Positions 42,274 through 52,309 of a stretch of 64,000 nucleotides of DNA are shown in pieces (within the stretch, counting starts at the first letter, position 1; every line of letters starts with the position of its first letter). Made by a program: the position numbers and the translations under genes. This stretch comes from Acidimicrobiia bacterium (GTDB lineage Bacteria; Actinomycetota; Acidimicrobiia; Acidimicrobiales; CAIXPF01), in NCBI GenBank assembly GCA_947476745.1, contig CANJRG010000012.1:20256-84255 (forward strand), in the 5' to 3' direction. The notes beneath the pieces are model-generated. The model was not told the origin of the DNA, ran no database searches, and saw nothing but the letters and a program-made list of their open reading frames with translations.

Positions 42274-43796
42274 GACTCCGCCCCGAGCAGGGCTTCGGGC
42301 TCGGCCCGCAAGTACAGGGCAACGCTCAGGTGCTCGTCGCGAAGCAGGGGGCCGACCTCGCCGGAGAGATCGGCAAGCGTCCGGGCGACCCGACGAACGC
42401 GGTCGACCCCACGGGCGGTCAGCCGATGCTGCCGCAACGCATCGGCGAGCAGTGCCCGACCTGATGGGTCGAGAGCAGCATGGCGGTCGAGTAGCGCACC
42501 GGACAGGTCGCTGTTGGCTCCCACCCCGCGCCGTCGTGCGATCTCGCGGGCCACCGACACCCGGTTCGCAACTGCCTCGGATCCTTCCTCGGCACCTTGG
42601 CCCGTCAGCCGATCGACATCAGGCCTTTGCACCCCAAGCCGCAGATCGAACCGGTCGAGCAGCGGCGCGGACAGGCGGCGCCGGTAGCGACGTCGAGCGG
42701 CTTCGGAGCAGCGACACAACTGCGGCGTACCGGCGTTGCCGCACGGGCACGGGTTCGAGGCGGCGACCAGAAGGAACCGGGCGGGGAAGGACACCGCGCC
42801 GTGTGCCCGGGCAAGACGGATGCGGCCCTCCTCGAGCGGCTGACGGAGGGCATCGAGTACTGCAGGTGCGAACTCGGCAAGCTCGTCGAGGAACAGGACG
42901 CCGCCGCTGGCCAAGCTGATCTCGCCCGGTCGCAACCACGACGAGCCCCCGCCCACCAGCGCGGCCATGGACGAACCGTGGTGCGGGGCACGGAACGGAG
43001 CACGAGAGATCAACCCGCCGGCCGGAAGCCGCTCGCCTGCCGCAGAGTGGACCTTCGTCGTCTCAAGCGCCACCGACGGATCAAGAGGCGGGAGCAGCCC
43101 GACCAGCCGCTGCGCCAACATCGTCTTGCCTGCACCGGGCGGGCCGACCAGCAGCAGATGATGACCTCCGGCCGCTGCCACCTCGATTGCCCGCCGGGCC
43201 AGCGGCTGACCCCGCACCTCGCTGAGGTCGCCGACCTCCCATGACGACGGACCTTCGACGCCTCCAACCGGAGCTGGACACGGCATCCATTCCGCTGTGC
43301 CTTCCAACGCGGCGACCACCGCCGCCAGCGTCAACGCGGCTCGAACCCGATGGCGACCCAACACCGCCGCTTCCGCCTGGCACGTGGGGGCCACAACCAC
43401 CGTCGAGGGAGCGAGCGCGTCCACCAATGGCACGGTCCCCGCCACTGATCGCACGGCGCCATCGAGGCCGAGCTCCCCCAGGAAGGCCACATCGTCGACC
43501 CGTTCCCGCTCGAGCAGACCCGACGCGACCAGTACACCGATGGCCATCGGCAGATCGAGACCCGAGCCCGCCTTCGGCAGACCCGACGGGGCGAGGTTGA
43601 CCGTGATGCGCTGTTGGGGCCAGCGCAAACCGCTCGACAGGATCGCCGCCCGCACCCGATCACGCGCCTCCCGACACGCGGTGTCGGGCAACCCCACCAC
43701 CGTGAAAGCGGGCAATCCGCCCGCGACGTGAACCTCGACCGTGACCGGGACACCGTCGACGCCCCGCAACACGGATGAAGAGATACTGGCCAGCAT
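42270..43796 (-). CDS. comM: YifB/ComM-family Mg-chelatase-like AAA+ ATPase
   Basis: 508 aa. GLPAFTVVGLPDTACREARDRVRAAI, Walker A GPPGAGKT and GVLFLDELAEF. Confidence 0.9.
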   Translation of the reverse strand: MLASISSSVLRGVDGVPVTVEVHVAGGLPAFTVVGLPDTACREARDRVRAAILSSGLRWPQQRITVNLAPSGLPKAGSGLDLPMAIGVLVASGLLERERVDDVAFLGELGLDGAVRSVAGTVPLVDALAPSTVVVAPTCQAEAAVLGRHRVRAALTLAAVVAALEGTAEWMPCPAPVGGVEGPSSWEVGDLSEVRGQPLARRAIEVAAAGGHHLLLVGPPGAGKTMLAQRLVGLLPPLDPSVALETTKVHSAAGERLPAGGLISRAPFRAPHHGSSMAALVGGGSSWLRPGEISLASGGVLFLDELAEFAPAVLDALRQPLEEGRIRLARAHGAVSFPARFLLVAASNPCPCGNAGTPQLCRCSEAARRRYRRRLSAPLLDRFDLRLGVQRPDVDRLTGQGAEEGSEAVANRVSVAREIARRRGVGANSDLSGALLDRHAALDPSGRALLADALRQHRLTARGVDRVRRVARTLADLSGEVGPLLRDEHLSVALYLRAEPEALLGAES

Positions 43797-44085
43797 GGCT
43801 GTCCCCCTGGAATCCGACCTGACACCAAGGAGCCCATGGGCTGCCGACTTCGATCACGCCCCCCAGACGTGGGGCATCGAGTGTTTCGAGCCTAGCGACC
43901 CTCCGCCGGCCAGCGGAGGGCAGTACTCGGACTCGGACTCGGACCCGGCCTGCGGACCGGGCATACTGGAGTCCGTGGGCTTCAACCCTCATCGGATTCA
44001 CCGACGCCGACCGTCCGACTACGTGTTCGTGGTCGCCGCCATCGCCGCCGGGTTGCTCCTTCTCACCTGGGCGCTGGCAGGCTGA
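43795..44085 (+). CDS. Hypothetical protein with a C-terminal transmembrane helix; start uncertain
   Basis: ORF 43741-44085. The candidate ATG at 43795 abuts the divergent comM start. It ends ...RRRPSDYVFVVAAIAAGLLLLTWALAG. An internal GTG near 43975 is also possible. No family recognised. Confidence 0.35.
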   Translation: MAVPLESDLTPRSPWAADFDHAPQTWGIECFEPSDPPPASGGQYSDSDSDPACGPGILESVGFNPHRIHRRRPSDYVFVVAAIAAGLLLLTWALAG

Positions 44086-44089
44086 CCCA

Positions 44090-44329
44090 GTGTCCGAGAC
44101 CCCGATCCACTGGCTCGATGACGTCGAGGTCCGGTTCCTGCAGCCGTATCAAGCCATCAAGGCCTATCTCTGCCCACACTGCAACCGGGCCATCGCCGCA
44201 GGCACCGGCCACGTGGTCGTGGTGCCGCGGGAGGCTCCCGATCTTCGTCGACACTGGCACCGCGGGTGCTGGCTGCTCGAGGACCGACGCCGCACGGCCG
44301 GCGCGCGCAACACCGGACCCCGGCGATGA
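44090..44329 (+). CDS. Small zinc-ribbon-like protein (CPHC ... HWHRGCW)
   Basis: 79 aa. The CxxC and HxHxxC pattern resembles a small conserved actinobacterial family that I recall being mis-annotated as ATP/GTP-binding protein. It starts 5 nt after the previous stop. Confidence 0.55.
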   Translation: MSETPIHWLDDVEVRFLQPYQAIKAYLCPHCNRAIAAGTGHVVVVPREAPDLRRHWHRGCWLLEDRRRTAGARNTGPRR

Positions 44330-44850
44330 CCACCGACCCGACGGCTGGCACCCCGTACCACCACCGCATCGCCGACTCCGTCGCCGATGAACTCACCTAC
44401 GACGAGCAACTGCTGGGCGCCACCCGGCTGGTGCTGCCGATGAACGCAGCCCGCTACGACGAGAACCTCCAGGAACGCAGCGGGGTGAAAGACCTCGCCC
44501 TGTTGCAGCACTTCATGGTGTTAGTTCGCCCGGCACCCAAGCCGGTTGCAGGCTTTCCGTTGCACTGGGACATGGTCCTGGCCCTCACCCGGAACCGGGT
44601 CCTCGTCTACAAACCACGCCGGGGAAGCCACCAACCGGGCAGCTACCTCGGATCGGTCCCCTTGAGCCACCTCACCAAGGTAGAGCTGGCAACGGTGCCC
44701 GATCGGGCGGGACGCACGCTGGCGGTCAAGTTCAACCTCGACCACGGACCCCGCCTGATGCTCGACGTGCTCGCCGGCTACCGAGCCGACACCGAGCAGT
44801 TCGTCGAGGAGGCCCAGCATCATCTCGAGGTCCGCCGCTTCCTCGGCTGA
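44326..44850 (+). CDS. Hypothetical protein (possibly a PH-like fold), translationally coupled to the Zn-ribbon gene
   Basis: ATG 44326 overlaps the upstream stop (ATGA). 174 aa with coding-like codon usage. No family recognised with confidence. Confidence 0.5.
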   Translation: MTTDPTAGTPYHHRIADSVADELTYDEQLLGATRLVLPMNAARYDENLQERSGVKDLALLQHFMVLVRPAPKPVAGFPLHWDMVLALTRNRVLVYKPRRGSHQPGSYLGSVPLSHLTKVELATVPDRAGRTLAVKFNLDHGPRLMLDVLAGYRADTEQFVEEAQHHLEVRRFLG

Positions 44851-44879
44851 ACGACCGCCAACGGTGACGACCGGCGTGG

Positions 44880-45245
44880 TCAGAACGCCGCCACAAACAC
44901 CTCGAGTCGCCCACCGGTGACGGCCACGACATCGAAGCGCAGCTCTGCGGCACGGCACCCGCTGTGCTGGAGCCACTGCTGGGCGAGTCGCCGCAGGCGC
45001 TGCTGCTTTGCCGTGGTGACCGACTCAGCCGGGTGCCCGAAGGCCAAAGACGACCGCGACTTCACCTCGACGAAAACGATGAGGGACTCGCGGCGCACCA
45101 CCAAATCGAGTTCACCGGAGCGACAACGCCAGTTCCGGGCCAACACCTCGAAACCGTGGCGCTCGTAATGACGAACAGCCAGCGTTTCGCCGACCGCGCC
45201 AAGACGTTGGCGACCGGTTCCCATTGGTTCGCCTCCCGCAGCCAT
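44880..45245 (-). CDS. yraN: YraN-family (UPF0102) endonuclease-like protein
   Basis: ATG 45245 lies after GGGAG. GETLAVRHYERHGFEVLARNWRCRSGELDLVV...VFVEVKSR. Confidence 0.85.
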   Translation of the reverse strand: MAAGGEPMGTGRQRLGAVGETLAVRHYERHGFEVLARNWRCRSGELDLVVRRESLIVFVEVKSRSSLAFGHPAESVTTAKQQRLRRLAQQWLQHSGCRAAELRFDVVAVTGGRLEVFVAAF

Positions 45246-45330
45246 ACATCGCTCCCGAGGCAACGGGAGCAATCGACAGTAACGAGAGGTCGGCACCACA
45301 CCGGCGACCTCGACCGGCACGCACGATAAT

Positions 45331-45347
45331 GCGGGCGTTACGCCCGC
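45331..45347 (-). terminator. Hairpin downstream of rplS (possible terminator)
   Basis: GCGGGCG-TTA-CGCCCGC starts 5 nt after the rplS stop and is followed on the minus strand by AUUAUCG. Confidence 0.5.
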
Positions 45348-45352
45348 CTCGC

Positions 45353-45694
45353 TCAGCGCTTCTCTTTGATCTTGGCGGCTTTCCCGATTCGATCACGCAG
45401 GTAATACAACTTGGCGCGACGCACATCACCCCGGGTGACCACCTCGAGCTTGCCGGTGATCGGCGAGTGCACCGGGAACGTCCGCTCGACCCCGACACCG
45501 AAGCTCACCTTGCGCACGGTGAAGGTTTCCGCGACACCAGAACCCTGACGGCGGATGACCACACCCTGAAACACCTGCAGGCGCTCGCGGTTGCCTTCGA
45601 CGACCCGCACGTGCACCTTGACGGTGTCACCGGTGCCGAAATGGGGAATGTCGTCCCGCATCGTTGCCTTGTCGACGACATCGGTGGGCTTCAT
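45353..45694 (-). CDS. rplS: 50S ribosomal protein L19
   Basis: ATG 45694. [29 protein letters not shown]...RRAKLYYLR. Confidence 0.95.
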   Translation of the reverse strand: MKPTDVVDKATMRDDIPHFGTGDTVKVHVRVVEGNRERLQVFQGVVIRRQGSGVAETFTVRKVSFGVGVERTFPVHSPITGKLEVVTRGDVRRAKLYYLRDRIGKAAKIKEKR

Positions 45695-45813
45695 TGCTCG
45701 AAACTCCTCGGGGGATCGCCATGTCGACCGGCGGACGCCAGGCCATAGCGGACCGCCCACTCTAGGAGATCGAAGGCCCGCGGACCAACCCCATTGCGCC
45801 GAACGTCGGGCGA

Positions 45814-46584
45814 TTAGGCCGTTGTCGCCCGATCAACGCCCTCGACGTCCGCAGAACCGGGCACCTCGAGATCGAACTCGGCAAGGAGTCGCTCCTCACC
45901 GGACTGCAACCCGCCACGGGCCTGCCACAGGTCCGGTCGGTCCGACGCCGTCCGCGCCAGGCTCTGGGCCCGACGCCAGCGGGCGATCCGTCCGTGGTCT
46001 CCCGACAACAGCGCCTCGGGCACGGCGAAGCCACGCAGGTTGGCCGGCCTCGTGTAGTGGGGGCATTCCAACAGTCCGTCGCTGAAGGACTCGTCATCGG
46101 CCGAGTTGACGTTGCCCATCACTCCCGGGATCAGCCGACCCACGGCCTCGAGAATCACCATCGCCGCAACCTCTCCCCCGGCGAGCACGTAATCGCCGAT
46201 GGACACCTCACCATCGACGAGGTTGGCGCGCACCCGATGATCGATACCCTCGTAACGACCGCAGAGCAACGAGAAACCGCCGATCGCGGCCAACTCCCGG
46301 GCCATCGCCTGGTCGAAGCGTCGTCCACCGGGGCCAAGGGCCAACAGCGGGCGAGGCGGGTCGACCGCTTCCACCGTGGCGAAGATCGGCTCGGCCATGA
46401 GCACCATGCCGGCCCCGCCCCCGAAGGGCGCATCGTCCACCGAACGGTGCGGATCGGTCGCCACCGACCGCAGGTCATGGACCCGCACGTCGAGCAGACC
46501 CTTGCGGCGCCCTTTCCCCAGCAGGCTGGACGAGGCGAACCCCTCCACCATCTCGGGGAAGATGGTCAACACGTCGATACGCAC
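45814..46584 (-). CDS. trmD: tRNA (guanine37-N1)-methyltransferase
   Basis: GTG 46584 gives the canonical [13 protein letters not shown]-terminus. The ORF-track ATG at 46626 would overlap rimM by 26 nt. GGGAGMVLM motif. Confidence 0.92.
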   Translation of the reverse strand: MRIDVLTIFPEMVEGFASSSLLGKGRRKGLLDVRVHDLRSVATDPHRSVDDAPFGGGAGMVLMAEPIFATVEAVDPPRPLLALGPGGRRFDQAMARELAAIGGFSLLCGRYEGIDHRVRANLVDGEVSIGDYVLAGGEVAAMVILEAVGRLIPGVMGNVNSADDESFSDGLLECPHYTRPANLRGFAVPEALLSGDHGRIARWRRAQSLARTASDRPDLWQARGGLQSGEERLLAEFDLEVPGSADVEGVDRATTA

Positions 46585-46600
46585 GCGCGGTCGATCCGGA

Positions 46601-47056
46601 TCAGTCGAACAGTCCGATGGGGACATCGACGAGAATCCGACCGCCGAGCACCTCGGTCACGAAGTTCATCGGGACCAGCGACTGATCGTCGAGCACGAGC
46701 AGATCCGCAGCCGGATTGGCCTCGACGGCGGTGACCGCACCCCGGTCAACCCCGTCCTGGTCGATGACTCGGCAACCGATCAACTGGTGGACGAATACCT
46801 CTTCGTCGACCTCGAGCGGCTCTGCCAGCAGAGCCACACCGTGCAGGGCCTCAGCCGCCTCCCGGGTCGCGCACCCTTCGAAGGTAACAAGATAGCGGTG
46901 CTGAAAAGGGCGACAAGCCGAGACCACGACCGGTCCCAGCTTGGTGTCGAAACAGGAGCCGACCGCGAAGCGGTCAGGCTGATCGGTGATCGGATCGACC
47001 ACCACCTCGCCTCGCAGCCCGTGTGCTCGTGAGACACGACCGACCTCGAGCCTCAC
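46601..47056 (-). CDS. rimM: 16S rRNA processing protein RimM
   Basis: 151 aa. VGRVSRAHGLRGEVVV and a PRC barrel C-terminus. Confidence 0.9.
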   Translation of the reverse strand: MRLEVGRVSRAHGLRGEVVVDPITDQPDRFAVGSCFDTKLGPVVVSACRPFQHRYLVTFEGCATREAAEALHGVALLAEPLEVDEEVFVHQLIGCRVIDQDGVDRGAVTAVEANPAADLLVLDDQSLVPMNFVTEVLGGRILVDVPIGLFD

Positions 47057-47334
47057 TCGACGAAGTCAACCTCGGCCTCGAAGCCGTCCTTGGCCGCAGC
47101 GGCACCGACGACGGTGCGCAGTGCAGAGGCCACGCGGCCACGCCGGCCGATCAACCGCCCGAAATCGTTGGGAGCGGCGAACACCGAGATGCGAACCTTC
47201 CGTTCGCGGATCGCAGCGACCTCGACCCTGACGGCGTCGGCATCCTCGACGACCGCACGGGCCAGGTACTCCATAACCGCCACCGCGGTCGGGGCGAGGG
47301 CTTCGCTCGCGGTATCAGCGGCCTCGTCGGTCAC
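47053..47334 (-). CDS. KH-domain RNA-binding protein (YlqC/UPF0109)
   Basis: GTG 47334 overlaps the rpsP stop (GTGA). An alternative ATG exists at 47274. [18 protein letters not shown] is the KH GxxG-type motif. Confidence 0.75.
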   Translation of the reverse strand: MTDEAADTASEALAPTAVAVMEYLARAVVEDADAVRVEVAAIRERKVRISVFAAPNDFGRLIGRRGRVASALRTVVGAAAAKDGFEAEVDFVE

Positions 47335-47600
47335 TTCGCCGCCCCGGCCTTGAACTCGTCCCAGGCACCGCAGATCTTCAGCAGCTTCTCGACGGTCTCC
47401 GTCGGCTGGGCACCATTGCGCAGCCAATGCACCGCCTTCTCGTTGTCGATACGGATGGCGGACGGCTCCTGACGGGGGTCGTAGCTCCCGACGATCTCGA
47501 TGAACCGACCGTCACGGGGCGAGCGGCCATCGGCCGCGACCACACGATAGGTCGGCTGCTTCTTCTTCCCCATCCGCATCAGCCGAAGCTTGACAGCCAT
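47331..47600 (-). CDS. rpsP: 30S ribosomal protein S16
   Basis: ATG 47600 is preceded by [32 protein letters not shown]. Confidence 0.95.
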   Translation of the reverse strand: MAVKLRLMRMGKKKQPTYRVVAADGRSPRDGRFIEIVGSYDPRQEPSAIRIDNEKAVHWLRNGAQPTETVEKLLKICGAWDEFKAGAAK

Positions 47601-47855
47601 CTTGTCCTTCTCTCTCCTTCGCCCGGGACCGCAGCCCCGGACTTGCCGTACCCGGGGCCCCGGGGACGGTTGTGATTGATGTCGGCACCGACGCCGTGCC
47701 GGCCGCTGACCTGTTGTCCTGCTGAAAGGCCGCCGATGTACCCACCGGCGAGCCGCATTCTCCGGTGGTGATGCTCGCGAGAAGAACCCGCGCCCCACGA
47801 CCGACAACGATCGAAGACCCCGTAACGGGGACTGACCATCATCGACGCTGCAGCC

Positions 47856-49358
47856 TCACAAGTCCAAACCAGGAAGCTTCAGCCCTCCGCCGGGGCGTTT
47901 GGCCTTCTCCTTCTCGGCGAGCTCCTCGAGGTTGATGTTGGGCACCGCCACGGGCCCTCTCGTGGTCACCCGACCACCGCCGCGAGTTGCGCCCTTGCCC
48001 TTCTTCTTGTCGTTCTTGCGGTCCTTGCGCGAGCCCTTCGACCGCTTCGAACCGAACCCGCCGAACCGTTTCATGAGGCGTTGGACCTCGTTGAACTGGC
48101 CGACGAGCGCCTGCACTTCCTGCGGGTTGGTACCCGACCCCTTGGCGATACGGCCCCGACGCGAGGCATCGATCACCGTCGGGTCGGCGCGCTCGGCGGT
48201 GGTCATCGAGCGGATGATCGCCTCGATCCGAGCCAGATGGCTGTCGTCGATCTGCGCGTCGCGCACTTCCTTCGGGACGCCGGGCATCATGCCCAGGATC
48301 CCCGACAGCGGCCCCATCTTCTTCAGCTGCTGCATCTGCTGGAGGAAGTCCTCCAGCGTGAAACGACCCTCGAGCAGGGCCTCGGCCGCGGCTTCCGCCT
48401 CCGAGTGCTCGTAGACCTGCTCCGCCTTCTCGATGAGGGTGAGTACGTCGCCCATACCGAGGATCCGACCGGCCAGGCGATCGGGATGGAACAGGTCGAA
48501 GTCGGCCAGCTTCTCACCGGTCGATGCGAAGGCGATTGGCTTGCCCACGACCTCCTTGACCGACAGCGCGGCACCCCCGCGGGCGTCACCGTCGAGCTTG
48601 GTCAGGATCACGCCGTCAAGGCTGAGCGTGGCATGGAACGCCTCGGCCACATTGACCGCGTCCTGCCCGGTCATCGCGTCCACGACCAGGAAGGTGTAGT
48701 GCGGTTGGGTGGCCTCGGAGATCTGCCGGACCTGCTCCATCAACTCCGCGTCGATGGCCAGGCGGCCGGCGGTGTCGATGATGACCACGTCGCGTCCGAG
48801 GCGAGTGGCCTCGGCCAGGCACTGCCGGGCGACCTCGACCGGATCGCCGGTGCCCGAGCGGATGACCTCGTCGGGGGCCGAGAACACGGGCACGTCGACC
48901 TGACGGGCCAGCGTGCGCAACTGTTCGACGGCGGCGGGTCGTTGCAGGTCGGCGGCGACGAGCAGCGGGTTACGACCCTGGCTCTTGAACCAGCGGGCGA
49001 GCTTGCCGGAGGTGGTGGTCTTGCCGGAACCCTGCAGGCCCGCCATCAGCACGACCGTCGGCGGACGGGTCGCGAAGGTGATCCGCACCGTCTCCCCACC
49101 GAGGGTGTTCACCAGCTCCTGGTGAACCGCCTTGATGACCTGCTGGGCCGGGTTCAACGCCCTCGAAAGATCCTCACCGACCAGCGCCTCGCGCACACGG
49201 TTCTGGAACGAGCGGACAACCCGAAGGTTGACGTCGGCCTCAAGCAGGGCGACACGGATCTCTCGGAGGACCTCGTCGATATCGTCCTCGGAGAGACGGC
49301 CCCGATTCCGGAGCCGACCGAAGATGCCCTCGAACCGGTCTGACAGCGCTTCGAACAT
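47856..49358 (-). CDS. ffh: Signal recognition particle protein Ffh
   Basis: 500 aa. MFEALSDRFEGIF..., GLQGSGKTTT, DTAGR and a Met-rich M domain. Confidence 0.96.
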   Translation of the reverse strand: MFEALSDRFEGIFGRLRNRGRLSEDDIDEVLREIRVALLEADVNLRVVRSFQNRVREALVGEDLSRALNPAQQVIKAVHQELVNTLGGETVRITFATRPPTVVLMAGLQGSGKTTTSGKLARWFKSQGRNPLLVAADLQRPAAVEQLRTLARQVDVPVFSAPDEVIRSGTGDPVEVARQCLAEATRLGRDVVIIDTAGRLAIDAELMEQVRQISEATQPHYTFLVVDAMTGQDAVNVAEAFHATLSLDGVILTKLDGDARGGAALSVKEVVGKPIAFASTGEKLADFDLFHPDRLAGRILGMGDVLTLIEKAEQVYEHSEAEAAAEALLEGRFTLEDFLQQMQQLKKMGPLSGILGMMPGVPKEVRDAQIDDSHLARIEAIIRSMTTAERADPTVIDASRRGRIAKGSGTNPQEVQALVGQFNEVQRLMKRFGGFGSKRSKGSRKDRKNDKKKGKGATRGGGRVTTRGPVAVPNINLEELAEKEKAKRPGGGLKLPGLDL

Positions 49359-49426
49359 ATGCGGGTGCGGAGCTTACCGCCCACCGGCCCGTTGCACGGT
49401 CACCGGATCACGGGACCGACGGCGGG

Positions 49427-50629
49427 CTAGTCGAAAAGGGCGTCGACGAACTCGTCGGGATCGAACTCGACCAGGTCACCGATAGCTTCGCCGAGCCCCA
49501 CCAGCTTCACGGGGATACCGAGCCTGGCCTCGATCGCCAGCACGATGCCACCCTTCGCCGAGCCGTCGAGCTTGGTCAGGACCACGCCGGTGAGCTCGGT
49601 GGCCTGGGTGAACTGCTGGGCCTGGACCAGGCCGTTCTGGCCGGTCACGGCGTCGAGGACCAGCAGCACCTCAGTCAGCCTGCCCGGTTCGCGAGCGGCC
49701 ACCCGACGTACCTTGGTCAACTCGTCCATCAGGTTCGACTTGGTGTGCAACCGACCGGCTGTGTCGGCCAGGACCAGCTCGACCCCCCGGGCGGCGGCCC
49801 GCTGGACGCCGTCGAAGACCACCGAGGACGGATCGCCTCCCTCGGCACCACGCACGAAGTCGGCGCCCGCCCGCTCCGCCCAGGTCTCGAGCTGCTCGGC
49901 GGCCGCGGCGCGGAAGGTGTCGCCCGCAGCCATCAGCACCGAGCGACCCTGCTCCGCCTGCTGGTGGCCGACCTTGCCAATCGTGGTCGTCTTGCCGACC
50001 CCGTTGACCCCCACGAACAGCCACACGTTCGGGGCGCCGGCCTCGAGACGCAGCGAACGATCGGCCCCGGCGAGGCGGGCCTTGAGCTGGGCCTTGAGCG
50101 CATCGAGCAGCCGATCCGGTTCGGTGATGCTCTCGTCCTTGGCACGCAGGCGCAGGGTGTCGAGCAGTTCCATGGTCAGCTCGACGCCGACGTCGGCCTT
50201 GATCAGCGCTTCCTCAAGCTCATCCCACGTGTCGGCGTCGATCGAGGTCCGTGCCAAGATCGCGCGGAACGAGCCGGCGATGGCGTCGCGCGCCTTCGAC
50301 AGGCGGTCACGGAAGCTCGGACGCAGTGCCGGCGCGACCTCGAAGGGTTCGACGAGCTCGACGACCGGCGCTGGTGCGGCGGGTTCGGCCACCGGGCCCT
50401 CGGCAAGGACCTCCACCCCGGCCTGTGCGTCGGGCTCCGATGGCGCCGGAGCAACGTGTGGGGACGTGCGGGGCTGGGTGACGGCAGGCGCAGCCGGGGT
50501 GGGCGGGCCGGAGACCCGACGCTGCCGCGGGGCGGCGACCACCTTGCTGCGGTGGCGCACGACGACGACCCCTGCAGCCAGTAGGCCGAGCACGAGCAGC
50601 GCTACGAGCGCGATCACGGCGAGTTGCAT
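49427..50629 (-). CDS. ftsY: SRP receptor FtsY with an N-terminal membrane anchor
   Basis: ATG 50629 (MQLAVIALVALLVLGLLAAGVVVV). GVNGVGKTTT, DTAGR and TKLDG motifs. Confidence 0.93.
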   Translation of the reverse strand: MQLAVIALVALLVLGLLAAGVVVVRHRSKVVAAPRQRRVSGPPTPAAPAVTQPRTSPHVAPAPSEPDAQAGVEVLAEGPVAEPAAPAPVVELVEPFEVAPALRPSFRDRLSKARDAIAGSFRAILARTSIDADTWDELEEALIKADVGVELTMELLDTLRLRAKDESITEPDRLLDALKAQLKARLAGADRSLRLEAGAPNVWLFVGVNGVGKTTTIGKVGHQQAEQGRSVLMAAGDTFRAAAAEQLETWAERAGADFVRGAEGGDPSSVVFDGVQRAAARGVELVLADTAGRLHTKSNLMDELTKVRRVAAREPGRLTEVLLVLDAVTGQNGLVQAQQFTQATELTGVVLTKLDGSAKGGIVLAIEARLGIPVKLVGLGEAIGDLVEFDPDEFVDALFD

Positions 50630-50806
50630 GCGGGCAAACCTACCCCTGAGCTTGGGACGGCACGCGACCCGGCCGCCACCGCTGGGCGGTGACGGCCGGT
50701 TCGGGACGCCGGGGAAAGCGACCACGGGAGGGAGAGCGACAGACAGTGCGCGGGGTGCGCCCGGAACCGGTCAGCCCGATGCTGCGAGCGAGGACCGGCG
50801 TTGCAC

Positions 50807-52204
50807 TCAGCGGGTGGTCGCCTCGCCCACGACCACGGTCAGCTTGATGGTGGCGCCGCTTCGGATGACCACCAGCTCCAGCTTGTCGCCGGGCTTGGTC
50901 GCCCGGATGACCGACGCCAACTGCTCGAAGCTGCGGATGGCGTCGCCGTCGGCCTTCGTGATCACGTCACCGACCTGCAGACCGCCTTTCTCGGCCGGAC
51001 TTCCCGCCTCGACCCGGACCACCATGGCGCCGGTGCTGCCGAAGGCCGGATCCTCGCCGCGCACACCGAGATACCCCAGCTTGACCGGCTTGCCCGCCAC
51101 CAGCGACTGCGCCACGTCGTAGGCCAGGTCGATCGGAACGGCGAACCCGATGCCAGCGTTGTCACCCGAATCGGTCCGGATCTGGGTGTTGATCCCGATC
51201 ACCTTGCCCTGTCGGTTCACCAACGGGCCACCAGAGTTGCCCGAGTTGATGGCCGCGTCGGTCTGGATCATGTTGACCAGGTTGTTGTTCGGGCTGGGCA
51301 CCGGCCGGTTGGTAGCGCTCACGATGCCCTGGGTGACGGTCTGGTCAAGCCCGAACGGGCTGCCGATGGCGATGGCCGTGGTGCCGACCTCGATCTTCTC
51401 CCCCAGGGCCAGCGCAACCACCGGCATGTCCTTGACCGGCACGATCTTGACCACGGCGACGTCGTTGTTCAGGTCCAGACCGAGCACCGTGCCGGCGACC
51501 TTCGTCCCATCGGCGAGCTGTACCGCCACGTCCTTGTCGAAGGTGGAGCTGAACGTTCCCTGGGCGTTCGCAGTGGCCACGACGTGGGCGGCCGTGAGGA
51601 TGTAGCCCTGACCGTCGTAGATGAAGCCCGTGCCGAGACCGGAGGAGGTCTCGATCTGCACCACCGCCGGCGATACCGCCCGGTTCACCGCAGCCGCCGG
51701 CTCGCTGGCCATCAGGCCGGGGTCGAGGGTCGGGGCCTTGGTGATCGGGCCGTCCTGGCCCGGCAGTGAGGAGGCCGTGGCCGCGGGGTCGGCCTTGGAC
51801 GGGCTGAGCGGTGCCGAGATGGGGCGAGAGGTGGGGTTCGGGCTGTTGTCGCCGGCGAACTGGCTGCCGACCCCATAACCTGCGCCTGCCACCAACAGGC
51901 CGGCGATCACCGACGCCAGCACCAAAATCATGCGTCGGCCGGACCGGTTCCGACGCCGACCCGAACGGGGCCCAGGAGCGTCGGCCGTGCGGAACACGTC
52001 GATCGGCGGGTACCGCGGCGGCGGGGTCTGGAAGGACCCCTGCAACGGTGGACCGGCGGGCGGCGGAGCGAGCGGACGCTGCAGCGGCACCGGTGCGGTC
52101 GGCGGCAACGCCGGCGGCACCGGCGCGCCCTGCCCGTACCAAGGATCGGCCTCGCCACCGGCCGAGGGAGGAAAGTTGCCGGGATCAGAGGTCCACGGGG
52201 TCAT
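50807..52204 (-). CDS. HtrA/DegP-family trypsin-like serine protease with PDZ domain
   Basis: 465 aa. Pro-rich cytoplasmic N-terminus, one TM helix, TAAHVV (His), GNSGGPL (Ser) and a C-terminal PDZ domain. Confidence 0.88.
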   Translation of the reverse strand: MTPWTSDPGNFPPSAGGEADPWYGQGAPVPPALPPTAPVPLQRPLAPPPAGPPLQGSFQTPPPRYPPIDVFRTADAPGPRSGRRRNRSGRRMILVLASVIAGLLVAGAGYGVGSQFAGDNSPNPTSRPISAPLSPSKADPAATASSLPGQDGPITKAPTLDPGLMASEPAAAVNRAVSPAVVQIETSSGLGTGFIYDGQGYILTAAHVVATANAQGTFSSTFDKDVAVQLADGTKVAGTVLGLDLNNDVAVVKIVPVKDMPVVALALGEKIEVGTTAIAIGSPFGLDQTVTQGIVSATNRPVPSPNNNLVNMIQTDAAINSGNSGGPLVNRQGKVIGINTQIRTDSGDNAGIGFAVPIDLAYDVAQSLVAGKPVKLGYLGVRGEDPAFGSTGAMVVRVEAGSPAEKGGLQVGDVITKADGDAIRSFEQLASVIRATKPGDKLELVVIRSGATIKLTVVVGEATTR

Positions 52205-52309
52205 GGGGGGGGCTCCACTCGCTTGTTCCGAGACCCGGGTGATCGGGTCGTCCTCGATGTTGGACCTCTTCTACGCCACCACCGTGAAAGTCGGCGTAAG
52301 GTGACCTCC

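Noticed and set aside
47601-47855. 255-bp rpsP leader / ffh 3' region with several GC palindromes (for example CCGGGGCCCCGG); considered as a riboswitch, ribosomal-protein leader or sRNA
   Set aside because: I cannot match it to any RNA family from memory. The hairpins are short and typical of GC-rich DNA, and there is no clear terminator. It is left unannotated.
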